Source of the DNA: Lama guanicoe
Lineage: Eukaryota
Length of the DNA: 64,000 nucleotides
Assembly (NCBI GenBank): GCA_013239625.1
Contig: MU054212.1
Span: forward strand, 1,736,001-1,800,000
Direction of reading: 5' to 3'
This document shows, one piece after another, positions 26,221 to 37,710 of the stretch. Every line of letters begins with the position of its first letter. The stretch's first letter is position 1. The notes beneath the pieces are model-generated. The model was not told the DNA's origin and ran no database searches. It saw only the letters and a program-made list of their open reading frames with translations. Made by a program: the position numbers and the translations under genes.

Positions 26221-27009
26221 TCAGGTATCTGCAAATCTTTCAGGCCTTGACAAGTGTGAGTAGGTTTTCTGGAAGTCAAAGATATATGGATTCCAGGAGA
26301 AGCTGAGTCTGTGCCAGAGAACTGGGCCTTTACAGAGAGAATATTTTCAAAAATGGAGGGAAAGACGAAATCCAAACCAAAGCAAGAATAAACAGCACAG
26401 AAAAAAAAAATGGAAGAAGCAAACTTTTGGCCAGCTTGGAAACTCTTTTGAATATGGTTGTGAAGAAGAAGATGAGGGGAAAAGAAGTACAGAATCCTTA
26501 TTCTTTAAGACTTTTGTCATCTTTATCTTTTGATTTTTTTAATGGAGAAGGCACAGATAATAAGTGAGTCTGTATCTCCAGATTAAATATTCACATTTGA
26601 ACTGATTTCCTCCTAAATGGTCTGCCATTCATCTTCAGTTCAAGGAAGCCATGTGTGCAGATGCCTTTTCCACAAGAAGGGAAATCAAAAGAGGCAACAC
26701 AGACATCATCTTCCTCACTGCCTTAGCCTTTAATAGCTAAGGATCACAAAAACCCACACCCTTCACGTTGGCCAGATACTGATCCCTTTTCCTGGAATGT
26801 TCACGAGAAGAAGAGGTGAAGATTTTCTAAGGTATCTCATTATCGTACCACTTGGGGTACGGCCCTGAAAGTGAAAACCTAAAGCCACCTCACCCAGCAG
26901 ACACATTGAAATCATCTTCAGAAAATCTTGAGGGCATGAGAAAATTTTCACCAGTGAATTTTCTTTTTCCATGCACTGTATTTTGCCTTATGACCACACC
27001 ACCTGCATC

Positions 27010-27215
27010 ATTGGATAATGGAAAGGAGTCACATAATCCTGGGATCTAATCCTGGCTTTGCAGTTTACTACCTGCCTCCCCTTAGACAGATTAGTTACAT
27101 GCTCCAAGACTCTGCTCAATCTTCTGCAAGAACAGAGATTGTTTCCTCTCTCAAGGATCACTGGGAGAATTGATGAGTAAGTCTATGTGGAAGCACCTGG
27201 TGAAAACTTAATAAA
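27010..27215 (+). mobile_element. MIR SINE (diverged)
   Basis: ggagtcacataatcctgggatctaatcctggctttgc...gatgagtaagtctatgtggaagcacctgg. Confidence 0.6.
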
Positions 27216-27699
27216 CATGTTTCGTTTAGGTTCTTTTTCCAGAGTCAAACTGCTCACCCAGGTGGACCTCAGACCTGGCCTCTTTTTCACATTTCTCTTC
27301 TGGCCAGTCTGGTCAAGAGATTATTGGACAGAGGTCAACTAGCCCATGATGCTTGACTCCATGTCATTTTCTGGTATTAGGAAGTTTGTGAGCCCCCAGA
27401 CTGTCAGCTGAGTAAAGCAGACGTACAAAATCCATTGTCACCATGATTTTGGAATTGTCTTGGCTCCTGGAAATAGCAGTCATAACAATAATAATAATAC
27501 CCCACTACTTTGAATAGCTTAATGACTTAGATGCTTGCTCAGAACTTTATGTAACAATTATAACTTCAATGAGTTATTGCTTTTGAGCACTTGTTCTGTG
27601 TCATTGTGTTAAATGTCTTTTCTAAAAATAATCATATAAATGATAATAGCAAAAAATTCATTGGGCACTTAAAATCTGTCCACTTTTACTTGTGTTTGT

Positions 27700-27848
27700 C
27701 CCATTTGGTCTTCCCACTGGAATAGGAGATTGCAGCTCAGCTAGGAAGGTGACCTGCTTATGGCTACACAGCTCCTGTGCAAAGCTGGGATTCCAATTTA
27801 AGTCTAATTCCAAAGGGTGTGCTTTTAACCACTCACTATACTTTACTG
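27700..27848 (-). mobile_element. MIR SINE fragment
   Basis: gaaggtgacctgcttatggctacacagct...aagctgggattccaa...tccaaagggtgtgcttttaaccac (antisense MIR). Confidence 0.7.
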
Positions 27849-28591
27849 CTTTCATGAGAAATCAGTTTTCAGGGGTATTATTTGGGAACATGGAATGTTC
27901 CTGCAGCTGTAGAATGACTCTGGAGATAAAGGGCTGTCTGAGGTCAGACAGTGCCCATGTTGGCCCATTCAGAATTTGGGAGTCTGAATTCTACCTGCCC
28001 TCTAATGTGCACCCCCAAAACAAGCCTCTTAATGATGAAGTGATTACAGTTTGAGGGTGTTTGTGTCCCTTGATCCAACCCAGAATTAGAAATCCTGGAC
28101 TAGTTTGAGGTAAACATTCATTTCTACCTCCCCGTCTCAACCAGTTAACCTACAGTGGGACCAGGGTACGTGCTGGGAGGACTTGATTTAGGGAGTAACT
28201 TCAGTGATGGCAGAGGTGCAATCACTTATTCTTTTAATTTCCAGGAGCTGGAGTAGATCTCCCTTTCTCAAAATACCTCTCCACTGAGTAAATTCCACAA
28301 GGCAATTGGTCCTGGAAGAGAGAACTTAATCCATAGCAAGATGGAAATGACTGATGTGTTTCTATACTGGAGATTTCTATATTGGGAAGGAGAAGGGACT
28401 TTTGTGCCTGAAGATGGAAAGATGAAAGGATGCACTTAGAGGAGGCCAGAGGTGCCCCCCAAAATACATCTCTTATAGTCCAGTCAAAGACAGAGCCTGC
28501 CCTAACTGCTGTTAGAGCAGCAGCCTGCAATGGCTGAGAGCTGTTTGGATGAGGAATGTGGCTGAGCTGTGGGAGGTGTGAAAGGGAAGCC

Positions 28592-28856
28592 AGTAGTGTA
28601 GTTAGCAGCTGAGAATCTGGGCTAAGGTCAGACAGGCTTTGAATCTCACTGTGCTACTTCCAAGCTGTGTGTGACCACTAGGCAAGTGTTTCCCATCACT
28701 GAACCTGTCTCTTTCTCCATAAAATGGAGATAAAGCTAATCCCTCCTGTCCTCTTAGGTCTGTTATATTGATTAAACGAAAAAAAAATGCATAAAAAGCA
28801 TTTCCTATAATGGCTGGCAAACAGTTGGTGCTTCATAAGTGTTACTAATAATAATG
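28592..28856 (+). mobile_element. Near full-length MIR SINE
   Basis: From agtagtgtagttag...ggtcagacaggctttgaatc through the core ctttctccataaaatggagataa to the 3' end ggctggcaaacagttggtgcttcataagtgttactaataataat. Confidence 0.85.
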
Positions 28857-29844
28857 CTACTTAATATCATCAACTTTCCCTAATTCAGATTGAGTAGGAA
28901 GATCATCTTCATGGATTTGGAAATCTGATCAATGTCCAGTGACTGAGACCAAGGACGACTGAGGGACAAAGGGGAGAAGGATGTGTGTGGGTACCATTAG
29001 CCATGGGGCTCTCTTGCCCGTGGGTTTTCACAGGCGCTTTTCAGAGCAGCCAAGAGTCCACACACCTCATTTTCAGGAAGGTTCTTAAAGGAGAGCACAA
29101 AGACCTTACCATTTCCACTGGGAATTCAGTCCTAAGGATTGTCATCCCCCATTTGGAACCAGAAAGTTTCTGGCAAGAGCCCGAGTGTCCACAGCCAGCC
29201 CTCCTGTGCTCTGTCCAGAGCCAGCCCCAGAACTGCTTGCTCAGGCAAGTCAGCTGTCTGTCAGGGAAGCTCACGCTTGCCTTGTCCCCAGGTCCTAAGA
29301 AACAACTAGATGCTTAAGAGGATGTGTTACAACTCAGTGCCTTTTCATCTCCCATAATACCATTTCTGCAAAAGTTGTCCAGCCTCAGGATGATCTTTTC
29401 ACCAACCTTGATTCCTGCGGATTGAAGCCTTCCTGTGACACATCCCAAGCAAGCTAGAAGTCAAGTGGCATCTCCTGTACAAATTGCCCGGAATGCCAGG
29501 GATGACGGCAATCCCATGCCTGAGACCATTAGCTCTCTTAACCGTGGTGATGGAAACCAGGTAGCTGTCTGCTTTCAGTCACACATGGCTCTTGTTCAGA
29601 GAGCACAGTGCCAGACAGCTGTGCAGAACCTTTTAGAAAAAGGAAGAAATCACTTTGAAGGAATGAGTAGTACTGCAAAGCTGTGGAGCCTGGAATCACA
29701 GGGAGTTTTCTCATAAAACCAAGAAATACAGCCCCATCCTCCAGGGAGGAGGGCAGCTGGTGACCTGCTTTAGTGCTGTGCCTTTGAGCACAGTCAGTTG
29801 CCATTAACTTCAGTGGCTCTTCCTGGCTGACCCTTTGCATGTGT

Positions 29845-30303
29845 TATTTATTTATTTATTTTTAATTTTTTAAATTGAAGTGTAGTTGACTTGCAATGTT
29901 GTGTTAGTTTCTGGTGTACAGCATAGTGATTCAGTTTTATATATATATTCTTTTTCATTATAGTTTATTACAAGCTATTAAGTATAGTTCCCTGTGCTAT
30001 ATAGTAGGACCTTGCTGTTCATCTATTTGTGTATAGTAGTTTGTATCTGTTAATCCTAAACTCCTAATTTTCCCTCTCTCCTCATTCTCCTTTGGTAACT
30101 ATAAATTTGTTTTCTACATTTATGAGTCTGTTTCCATTTTGTAAATAAGTTCATTTGTGTCTTTTTTTATATTCCATATATACATGATATTATATGATAA
30201 ATTATCTTTCCCTGACTTACATCACTTAATCCAGTAATCTCTAGGTCAATCCATGTTGCTGCAAATGGCATTATTTCATCCTTTTTTATGGCTGAGTAAT
30301 ATT

Positions 30304-30334
<31 letters not shown>

Positions 30335-30511
30335 CTTAAGCCAGTTGTCTGTTGTTGGGCACTTGGGTTATTTCCATGTCTTGGCTATTGTAAATAGTGC
30401 TACTATGAACATTGGGGTGCATGTGTCTTTTTGAATTAGATTTTTCTCCAGATATATGTTCAGGAGTGGGATTGCTGGATCATATGGTAACTCTATTTTT
30501 AGTTTTTTAAG
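29845..30511 (-). mobile_element. L1 3' end (5'-truncated) with an ORF2 C-terminal remnant
   Basis: (TTTA)n tail. Minus strand translates LKKLKIELPYDPAIPLLNIYLEKNLIQKDTCTPMFIVALFTIAKTWK*PKCP, the canonical L1 ORF2 C-terminus with a stop codon. (TG)n at 30306-30334. Confidence 0.93.
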
Positions 30512-31016
30512 CGATTACATGTTGCATCTCCAAGCAGCTTCCTGGTTAACATAGGGAGCTCACAGTGTATATCTGGTGGAGAAGTGATTTAAGACTGAAG
30601 TGCTAGTTCTTCTTTCTCTCCACTGTTCCCCCATTGCTAATGTACTTGATGCTTTCTGTTGCGTTAGCCAGCATTACTTCCTACAAATCTAAGGAGTAGG
30701 AAAGAGGAGGCATCCAGGAGAGAACCATTTTGTCAATCTAATGTTTAGTGTGGGCAGGACTATGGTCTAACCTGTTCATCACTGTGTGTTCAGACTGCTG
30801 AGATCAGAGTAAAAGCTAAATGCAAATTTATAATGAACTAGGGACTCTGAAGACTTATAAGCTGAATGGGGGAGCTACCAAAAGGTACCAGGACACATCC
30901 CCTCTTTTTATAGACCAACACTCCATCTTCAAGTGTGGATCACCCTCAGTCACCATCCGTAACAGTTAAACTTTGCTTCAATTTGCTGGGTAACGAAGAT
31001 TAAAATTATAGCAAAA

Positions 31017-31780
31017 TGATATTGTGATTTATAATAAGAAATATAAATTTGATCTTCATTCCCCTTCCTGGCATAGAGTCCCTAAAACCCTTGGATTTTC
31101 CTGAGTGATGAGAGCCTAAAGATTTCTTTTGTTATGCTAATGAGGTGACATTTGGACACCTAGGTAACCTAAGGATGGGGGCTGGTCACCAGGGGAACCA
31201 ACTATGTGATTAGAGGGTTGGAACTTTGCAACCCTGAGGAGGAGGGAGGGGTTGGAGATTGAGTTCAGTCACCAATGACCAGTGATTTAATCAATGGTGC
31301 CAGTGGGATGAAGCTTCCATAAAAAACCCCAAAGTGACAAGACATGGAAAGCTTCTGGGTTGGTGAAGGCGCGAGGATTCAGGAAGAGTAGGGCGTTCAG
31401 AGAGCATGGAAGATCTGTGCCCCTTCCCAGTACCTTACCCAGTGTATTTCTTCCACCTGGTTGTTCCTTTTATATTAAACCAGTAATTGAGTAAGTAAAA
31501 TGTTTCTAGCAAATTAATCAAAACCAAGGAGGGGGGTCATGGGAACCTCAGATCTCTAACCCATTGATCAGAAGCCCAAGCAGAAATCTGGACTTGCCAT
31601 TGGTGTCTAATTCAGGAGAGGGGGCAGTCTTGTGAGACTGAGCCCTTCATCTGCGGTATCTGACACTACCTCCAGGGAGATAGTGTCCGAACTGAGTTGA
31701 ATTGTAGGACACCCAGCTGGTGTCAGAGAATTGCTTGGCGGTATGGGGGGAAAATCATACTGAAACTGGTGTCATAATCA
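31017..31780 (+). mobile_element. MER21-family ERVL solo LTR
   Basis: Begins tgatattgtgatttataataagaaatata...cctaaaacccttgg. Internal aggatgggggctggtcaccag...gattagagggttggaacttt. 3' part ttgaattgtaggacacccagctggtgtcagagaattg. Confidence 0.85.
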
Positions 31781-32069
31781 GAATACTTTCTATTTTGCTG
31801 AACGAATGCTGTGCTCTCTCTCCAATGTTTGTTATTAGTACCCCCGAAAATGGCCTTTGAAAGTTAGCCACCTTATGACTAGAGGTCTCTTCTTTCTCTG
31901 ATTATCACAAAAAAAAAGCCTCCATGAATATCACCAGCCCCCTTTCCTTCACTTAAGAGTAAGAGAATACCCCATTTCTATTGACCAGAAGACAGTTCTT
32001 GGAATGAGTCTTGGTGTATATAAGAAAGCCTAAAATTGGTGAGTGAAAGAACATATTAAGGTTGCCCAG

Positions 32070-32528
32070 TGTCTTAGATTGGGTTCCCCTGATGTAAACC
32101 CTGAGGTGGAGATTTGCATACAATTGATATATTCAGGAAGTGCTCCCAGGGAATCTGTAAGGACATGGGGGAATAGGTTAGGGAAGGTGAGGAAACCAAG
32201 CAATGTGTGGTCTCAGCTGAAAAGTCCTGCAGGTGAGGACTTTATCCTGATATCTCCAGGAAATTCTGGAGGCTACCTCATGCCTCAGAATAGTCCTGCT
32301 CTAACACAAGGACTTTGTACTTCTGTCCCCAACAGTCATTGGTTAAGTGATGCCCTAGGGAGGATGCCAATCCCTTCAATCTTTGGTGAAATGGGCAAAG
32401 CAGGCTCCAGTAGCCTGTAGATCCCCTAATTAGAATGACAGGTGTGCTGTGTGAGCGGGGAGGGTGGGTGTGAGGCACTCAGAACAGGATCCAAGGGATC
32501 TGTGTGGAGTTCCATGTTATCCATGGCA
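32070..32528 (-). mobile_element. LTR16-family ERVL LTR
   Basis: tgtcttagattgggttcccc...accctgaggtggagatttgcatacaattgatatattcaggaagtgctcccaggga resembles the antisense LTR16 end. Confidence 0.7.
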
Positions 32529-33254
32529 CCCAGCTTCTGGTTAATGAGCACGGCTCTCCTAAGGTCCTGCAACACAGCTCTGAGAAAATAACAAAGGACT
32601 TTCAAAAAGTCTGCTTCTATAGTCTTATTTTCTATCGCATAAATTATGTAAATACTTTAAGGAGCCCAGTAGGAATCATGTAAGTAAAATGTTTTGAGGG
32701 CCCCAGCTCAAAATTCCCCCCTACTCTTTGCCTAACCCATTGGCTGAAATCCAACTATTAGATATTTCTTTGTTTTATGGCATCTCCTATTAAAATATTT
32801 TGCCTGGAAGGAGCAACCCACTAATGTCATCACAGCCATTGCCCCTGTCGTGAAGTGTAATTGATCAGACCCGCTAGACAGTCCCCTTTAAAGAGAACAG
32901 GCTTTGACATGCTTAGGCATGACACTGGGATTGTACAGTGGAGAACTGAAGGTCAGGAAGGTTCCCCGGGTTGGGTGCTATCTGCAAGGCAGCCACTGAA
33001 GAAGAGGGCAGGACAAAGGGGATGTGGAAGGGAAAGGATTTGGGGAGGGGGCAAGCGGAGCATGAGATGACAGGTGTCAGAGAGAGAGCACTTTTCCAAA
33101 TAGTTTCAGGCCAGTCTTTTGGGGGAAGCTTATCCCATATTTCTGGCCATCCAATTGCTTGGAGGGAATGTACAGTCTTCACAGAAAGAACTGGCAAGAT
33201 AGCTCCAACCTTCCCCCACATTTCTTCAGGAATTCTACTCTCAGCCTCCAGATT

Positions 33255-33790
33255 CAGTTAGTTGCCTACTCAGTACACATTCTCCACTTCCTACTTAGTA
33301 GAAGAACCTTGATTTTGTTGGTTGTGTCCATATACCCAGGAAAATATTTTCACCTCCTTTGACCTTCTTGCAGCTAGGGGTAGCTAGCCACTTGATTTGG
33401 TTCTATCTGCCCAGATGTGTGTGGCAATCACTGGGTGGAATCTTCTTATAGAGGGAAAACTCAACTGACAAGTATCTTTTTGGCTTTCAAATTTGCTATT
33501 TCCCCTTTTCCTTCCCGGAACATAGAAGTGATGGCTGGAGGGGGAGCAGCCCTCTTGTGCCCATGAAGATAAAAACACGAACTCAGGAGGATGGAGCAGC
33601 AAGGTGAGAGGCACTCTGGCCCTCCCAGAGGCTAGGATGAGAGAAGGAACTACATATTTCCACTTCAGTTCTCTCTGGGTTCCCCCTCTCTCTTGAAGTG
33701 CCTGTCTTCAGGATACACACATTTTCTATTTCTCTTTTCACTGTGCTCACTATGCAGGTGTTGCCCATGTTGGCGGTAAAGGGGTGTATG
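33255..33790 (+). mobile_element. LTR33-family ERVL LTR
   Basis: agaaccttgattttgtt...ttcttgcagctagggg...ggaacatagaagtgatggctggagggggagcagcc...ggatggagcagcaag. Confidence 0.65.
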
Positions 33791-34294
33791 TAGTCTGCAG
33801 CTTGAGTGGGTGAGTTCAGCTCAGAGGGGAAAATACGAGGAAGCCCAATTGTTACCACACATCCAAGTGCTCTGTAATCTCAAAAACAGCCTTTTCAGAG
33901 ACAAAGCTGATATGTTGTTCCCATCTGCTTAACTTCTGTGCTTGCTTCTTAATCAGTCTAGAATTTGGAGAAAATTCCCATTAAAAGGTGCTCTGGCCCC
34001 CTGACACTGCAGGACTGTTTTGCTGACTGGCAAATTTGCTGAGGTAGCTTTGTGAGCCTGTGTCTCAGTGGTCCAGATCCCATGTAGCCAGGGAGAGAGG
34101 AATAGAGAGTGAATAAGAGGCTTAGGTCAGGGACCCCCCCACCCCACACCACACACACACGTGCTGGAAGCACACAGAAGGCTCTCACACAAGAATTCTC
34201 TTATCCAACAGCCCAAGAGATTTATCTCCCCGTATACGGAAGCCCGTCCACTTACTGATGAGTGTCTGTACTGAGCAAGCACTTCCTCATTCAG

Positions 34295-34444
34295 TTACAT
34301 CCCCTTTACTAGATGTAAGTTCCAGGAAGGCAGGTCCTGGTCTGTCTCTTGGCCATTGTGTATCCAGAGGCTAGACTGGAGCCTAATTCAGAGTAAGTGC
34401 TCAATAGATTCTTTTTTATATTTGTTAAATTAATGAATGAATGA
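34295..34444 (+). mobile_element. LINE L2 3' end
   Basis: actagatgtaagttccaggaaggcagg...gagtaagtgctcaata...tgttaaattaatgaatgaatga. Confidence 0.85.
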
Positions 34445-35146
34445 CATCACCTCAAATTAAGCTGAATTATTTAGCCAGTCTCTATCTAAGTGAAAACTCA
34501 TTTTGAATGATTTTCTCTACTTCTCAGTCAACTCAGCACTATTCTTTAATGATTCAGTCTCTTCAAAGTACCTTCTAATGGGTTTGGTTATTTTATTTAT
34601 TCTGTTTGTTCAATCACAGATAAATTTGCATTCGATTGGCCCTAAATGGTTGGCAAAGACCCATTCTTGGCTAAGACCCATTTAACCATGACAAGATAGG
34701 CTGAATTTGGACATGTTTCCACAGAAGCAAAAAGGTTTCCCACATGGAGTCAATTATTCATTTGTGAGTGGACTATTGAATATTATCTATATGTTGGAAT
34801 TTCATTCTTTCTCCAGCTTTCCAGCATTTGAGCCTTTCTTCCAATAAATGGTTGGAAGGGTGAAGGATTATGAATCAGTTCACTTTGCCAAGTAAAGGTA
34901 GCTGCCTTATTCTGAACTCCTGTCTCATTGAACTCTGAATTCCACTTTCTCCTGTTTCTGTGCCTACTCTGGGCTGTTCTTTCTGATGGAAACGCTGTCC
35001 TCTTGCTTATCAACTTGTACAAATCCTGTGCAGCCCCAGTCCAAGGGCTGTTTTCTCCATGAAAACATTCTGTAGACAGATTTATCTGCTCTCTGTCTCT
35101 GCCCCCAAAGGCACCAGCTTTGAATGCCTCTTAGCACTTACCACGT

Positions 35147-35761
35147 ATTTTTTAAAATTGAAGTATAGTTAGTCACAATGTGTCAATTTCTGGTGTACAG
35201 CGTAATGTCTCAGTCATACATATATTCATTTTCATATTCTTTTTCATTATAGGCTACTATGAGATACTGTATATAGTTCCCTGTACTATATAGAAGAAAC
35301 TTGTTGTTTATCTATTTTATATATACTAATTAATATTTGCAAATATTGAACTCCCAATTTATCCTGTCCCACTCCCTTTACTCCAGTAACCATAAGATTG
35401 TTTACTATGTCTGTGAGTCTTTCTGTTTTGTAAATAAGTTCATTAGTGTCTTCTTTTTCCTTTTTTTAGATTCCACATATGAGTGATATCATATGGTATT
35501 TTTATTTCTCTTTCTAGCTTGCTTCATTCAGAATGACAATCTCCAGATCCATCCACGTTGCTGAAAATGCCATTATTTTATTCTTTTTTATGGCTGAGTA
35601 GTATTTCATTGCATAGATATAACACAACTTCTTTATACAGTCATCTGTCAATGGACATTTAAGTTGTTTCTATGTCTTGGGTATTGTAAATAGTGCTGCT
35701 ATGAACATTGGGGCACATGTATCTTTTCAAATTAGAATTCCCTCTGGATATATGCCCGGGA
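35147..35761 (-). mobile_element. L1 3' end (5'-truncated)
   Basis: attgaagtatagttagtcacaatgtgtcaatttctggtgtacag...ttagattccacatatgagtgatatcatatggtattt...gtaaatagtgctgctatgaacattggg. Confidence 0.93.
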
Positions 35762-35767
35762 AGTTCA

Positions 35768-36015
35768 TCATGACTGAGCACGTAGACTCTGGTCCAGACT
35801 CCCTGGGTTCAAATCCTGTCTCTCCTACTTAATGGCTGTATGATCTCAGGCAAATTATTTTATTTCTCTCTGCTTCAGTTTTTCATCTGATTTTTTAAAA
35901 AGAATAATAGTAGTACCAACCTAAGAATTGTTAGCATTTAATGAGTTAATAGATGGAAAAAACTTAAAATAATGTCCAGCATGTAATTAATGATCGATAA
36001 TTACTAGCTTTTCTA
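35768..36015 (+). mobile_element. MIR SINE
   Basis: gagcacgtagactctggtccagactccctgggttcaaatcctg...tgtatgatctcaggcaaattattt...cttcagtttttcatctg...aataatagtagtacc. Confidence 0.85.
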
Positions 36016-36019
36016 AAAA

Positions 36020-36167
36020 TTATTATTCTTTTATGTGTGTTTGCCTTACCAATTAGATGATTGTCTCCCAAAGTGCTTGATCTGTGAATCTGGCATCTTC
36101 CTACTTCCAAATCCAAGCACAGTATTTGGACAGTTGAAATTCTATAAATGCTGATCAATGAATGGAA
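36020..36167 (+). mobile_element. LINE L2 3' end (probable continuation of the fragment at about 35015-35146)
   Basis: ttttatgtgtgtttgccttaccaattagatg...ccaagcacagtatttggacag...ataaatgctgatcaatgaatggaa. Confidence 0.6.
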
Positions 36168-36959
36168 GACAGCCATTGACTCTGATGATGAAAGTGTGAT
36201 GTGGGCATTGTCTGTCAGTGAGTTGGATCTCTTGGAAAACTCAAAAGGGCTGTATTCTATAACTGCATAGGTGAACATGGTAAAATGATCTGCTCCAGAC
36301 CAGTCCATCTGGAAAGACCCAGAGTTTTGAAGTTGGACTAGAGTCATATCCAGGGACTCTGCTTCTGGGCTGACCCAGGCTCCAATCCTCATTCATGAAA
36401 TGCTGAACTCCAGAGGCACTCCCTGGTAACAAGAGGGATGACTTCATCAGGTGCCCCACTGGCGTTGACAGTAATGCTCACTGCGCTCACCAAGGCAGTT
36501 AAAGTATGCGCACAATCCAGGCTGGTGTTCAGAGGCACTGGGGTGGGGGCTCGTCTCTGCCTGCGCTAGTGCTAGCCTTCAAAGTAAGTGGAGGAGTTGA
36601 CATTTCATAGGCTAGTTCCCTCCTCCCTGTGGCCGATCTCCTCTCTCCCCTTCTTCACTGCCTGTAGAATACTCCGTTATGGTACTGAATCTCTAGTTGC
36701 CGTTATCAAAATATACATAATTTTCTGCCCCTCATGTCTACAGCAGGTATAAAAAATTATAAATACTTACACCTTTGTTCCGCCCCAATATGGGAACTCG
36801 GGGGTTCAGGCCCTGAGGGAAGGGCTGGTTAACATAGGGTCTGAGTGCAGGTTGTTGAGTGGCAGAGGAGACAGTTAAGACTGGGGACCTGTTTCTTACC
36901 TTCTCACCTAGCATTAGAGGCAGACAAAAAAGAACTATAATTTCCTTTTCAGGTAGTGG

Positions 36960-37375
36960 TATGTTCAGCCCAAGACATGGGATTGGCCCAAGACATGTGG
37001 GAAGAGTGAGTGTGTGTCTGTTATGACCTTTGAGAACATTGCCTTCTTCCTCTTGCCTCTCTGATACTTAGTCCATCTCCATGAGCAGAAATAATACACT
37101 GGCCCTGGAATCATGAAAGGCACAAGGAGCAGACTAGAAATGTACCTAAGGCAAGCTGAGATCAGCAGGATCCTGTCAGCAGTCTGATTCACACCAGGGC
37201 GCAGAGCTCGGGCACCAGCCTAGCTCACCTGAGTAGCAGCCAAAACCTAAACTCACTGCCTTAATCAGAACCACCCAAAATGACTGCAGATAAATGAGCC
37301 AGAGAAATAACTGCTTACTGTCACAGCCACTGAGATGTTGTGGTTGTTTTTACATAGCTCTCTTAGACTGATACA
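36960..37375 (+). mobile_element. MLT1-family MaLR LTR (MLT1K/L-like)
   Basis: 3' end: atgagccagagaaataactgcttactgtcacagccactgagatgttgtggttgtttttacatagc...ctgataca. The 5' boundary is uncertain. Confidence 0.7.
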
Positions 37376-37587
37376 TGAGTAATTAAGAAAGAGTAGGAAA
37401 GGCTGAAACAGCTAATTTTACCTTCCTTACACTTAAAAAAAAAACATTTTATGCAATATTTTATTTTTTCTGTAAGACAATTTGGAGAAGTTTAATTATT
37501 TCATTGAAGCAAATTTTTAAAATTTATCATCATGTTCAGTAGGGCTTGACAATAATAAATAATATATAATACTGATTTTTCTATACA

Positions 37588-37710
37588 TTTCTTTTTTAAT
37601 TTTTTTTATATGGTTTTAAAGGTTCCATTCCATTTACAGCTATGAGAAAATATTGGCTATATCCTTCATTGTTGTACAGTACATCCTTGTAGCCTGTCTT
37701 ATACCTAGTT
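37588..37710 (-). mobile_element. Short L1 3'UTR fragment
   Basis: ttttaaaggttccattccatttacagctatgagaaaatattggctatatcc...gtacagtacatccttgtagc is homologous to 15590-15672. Confidence 0.75.
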
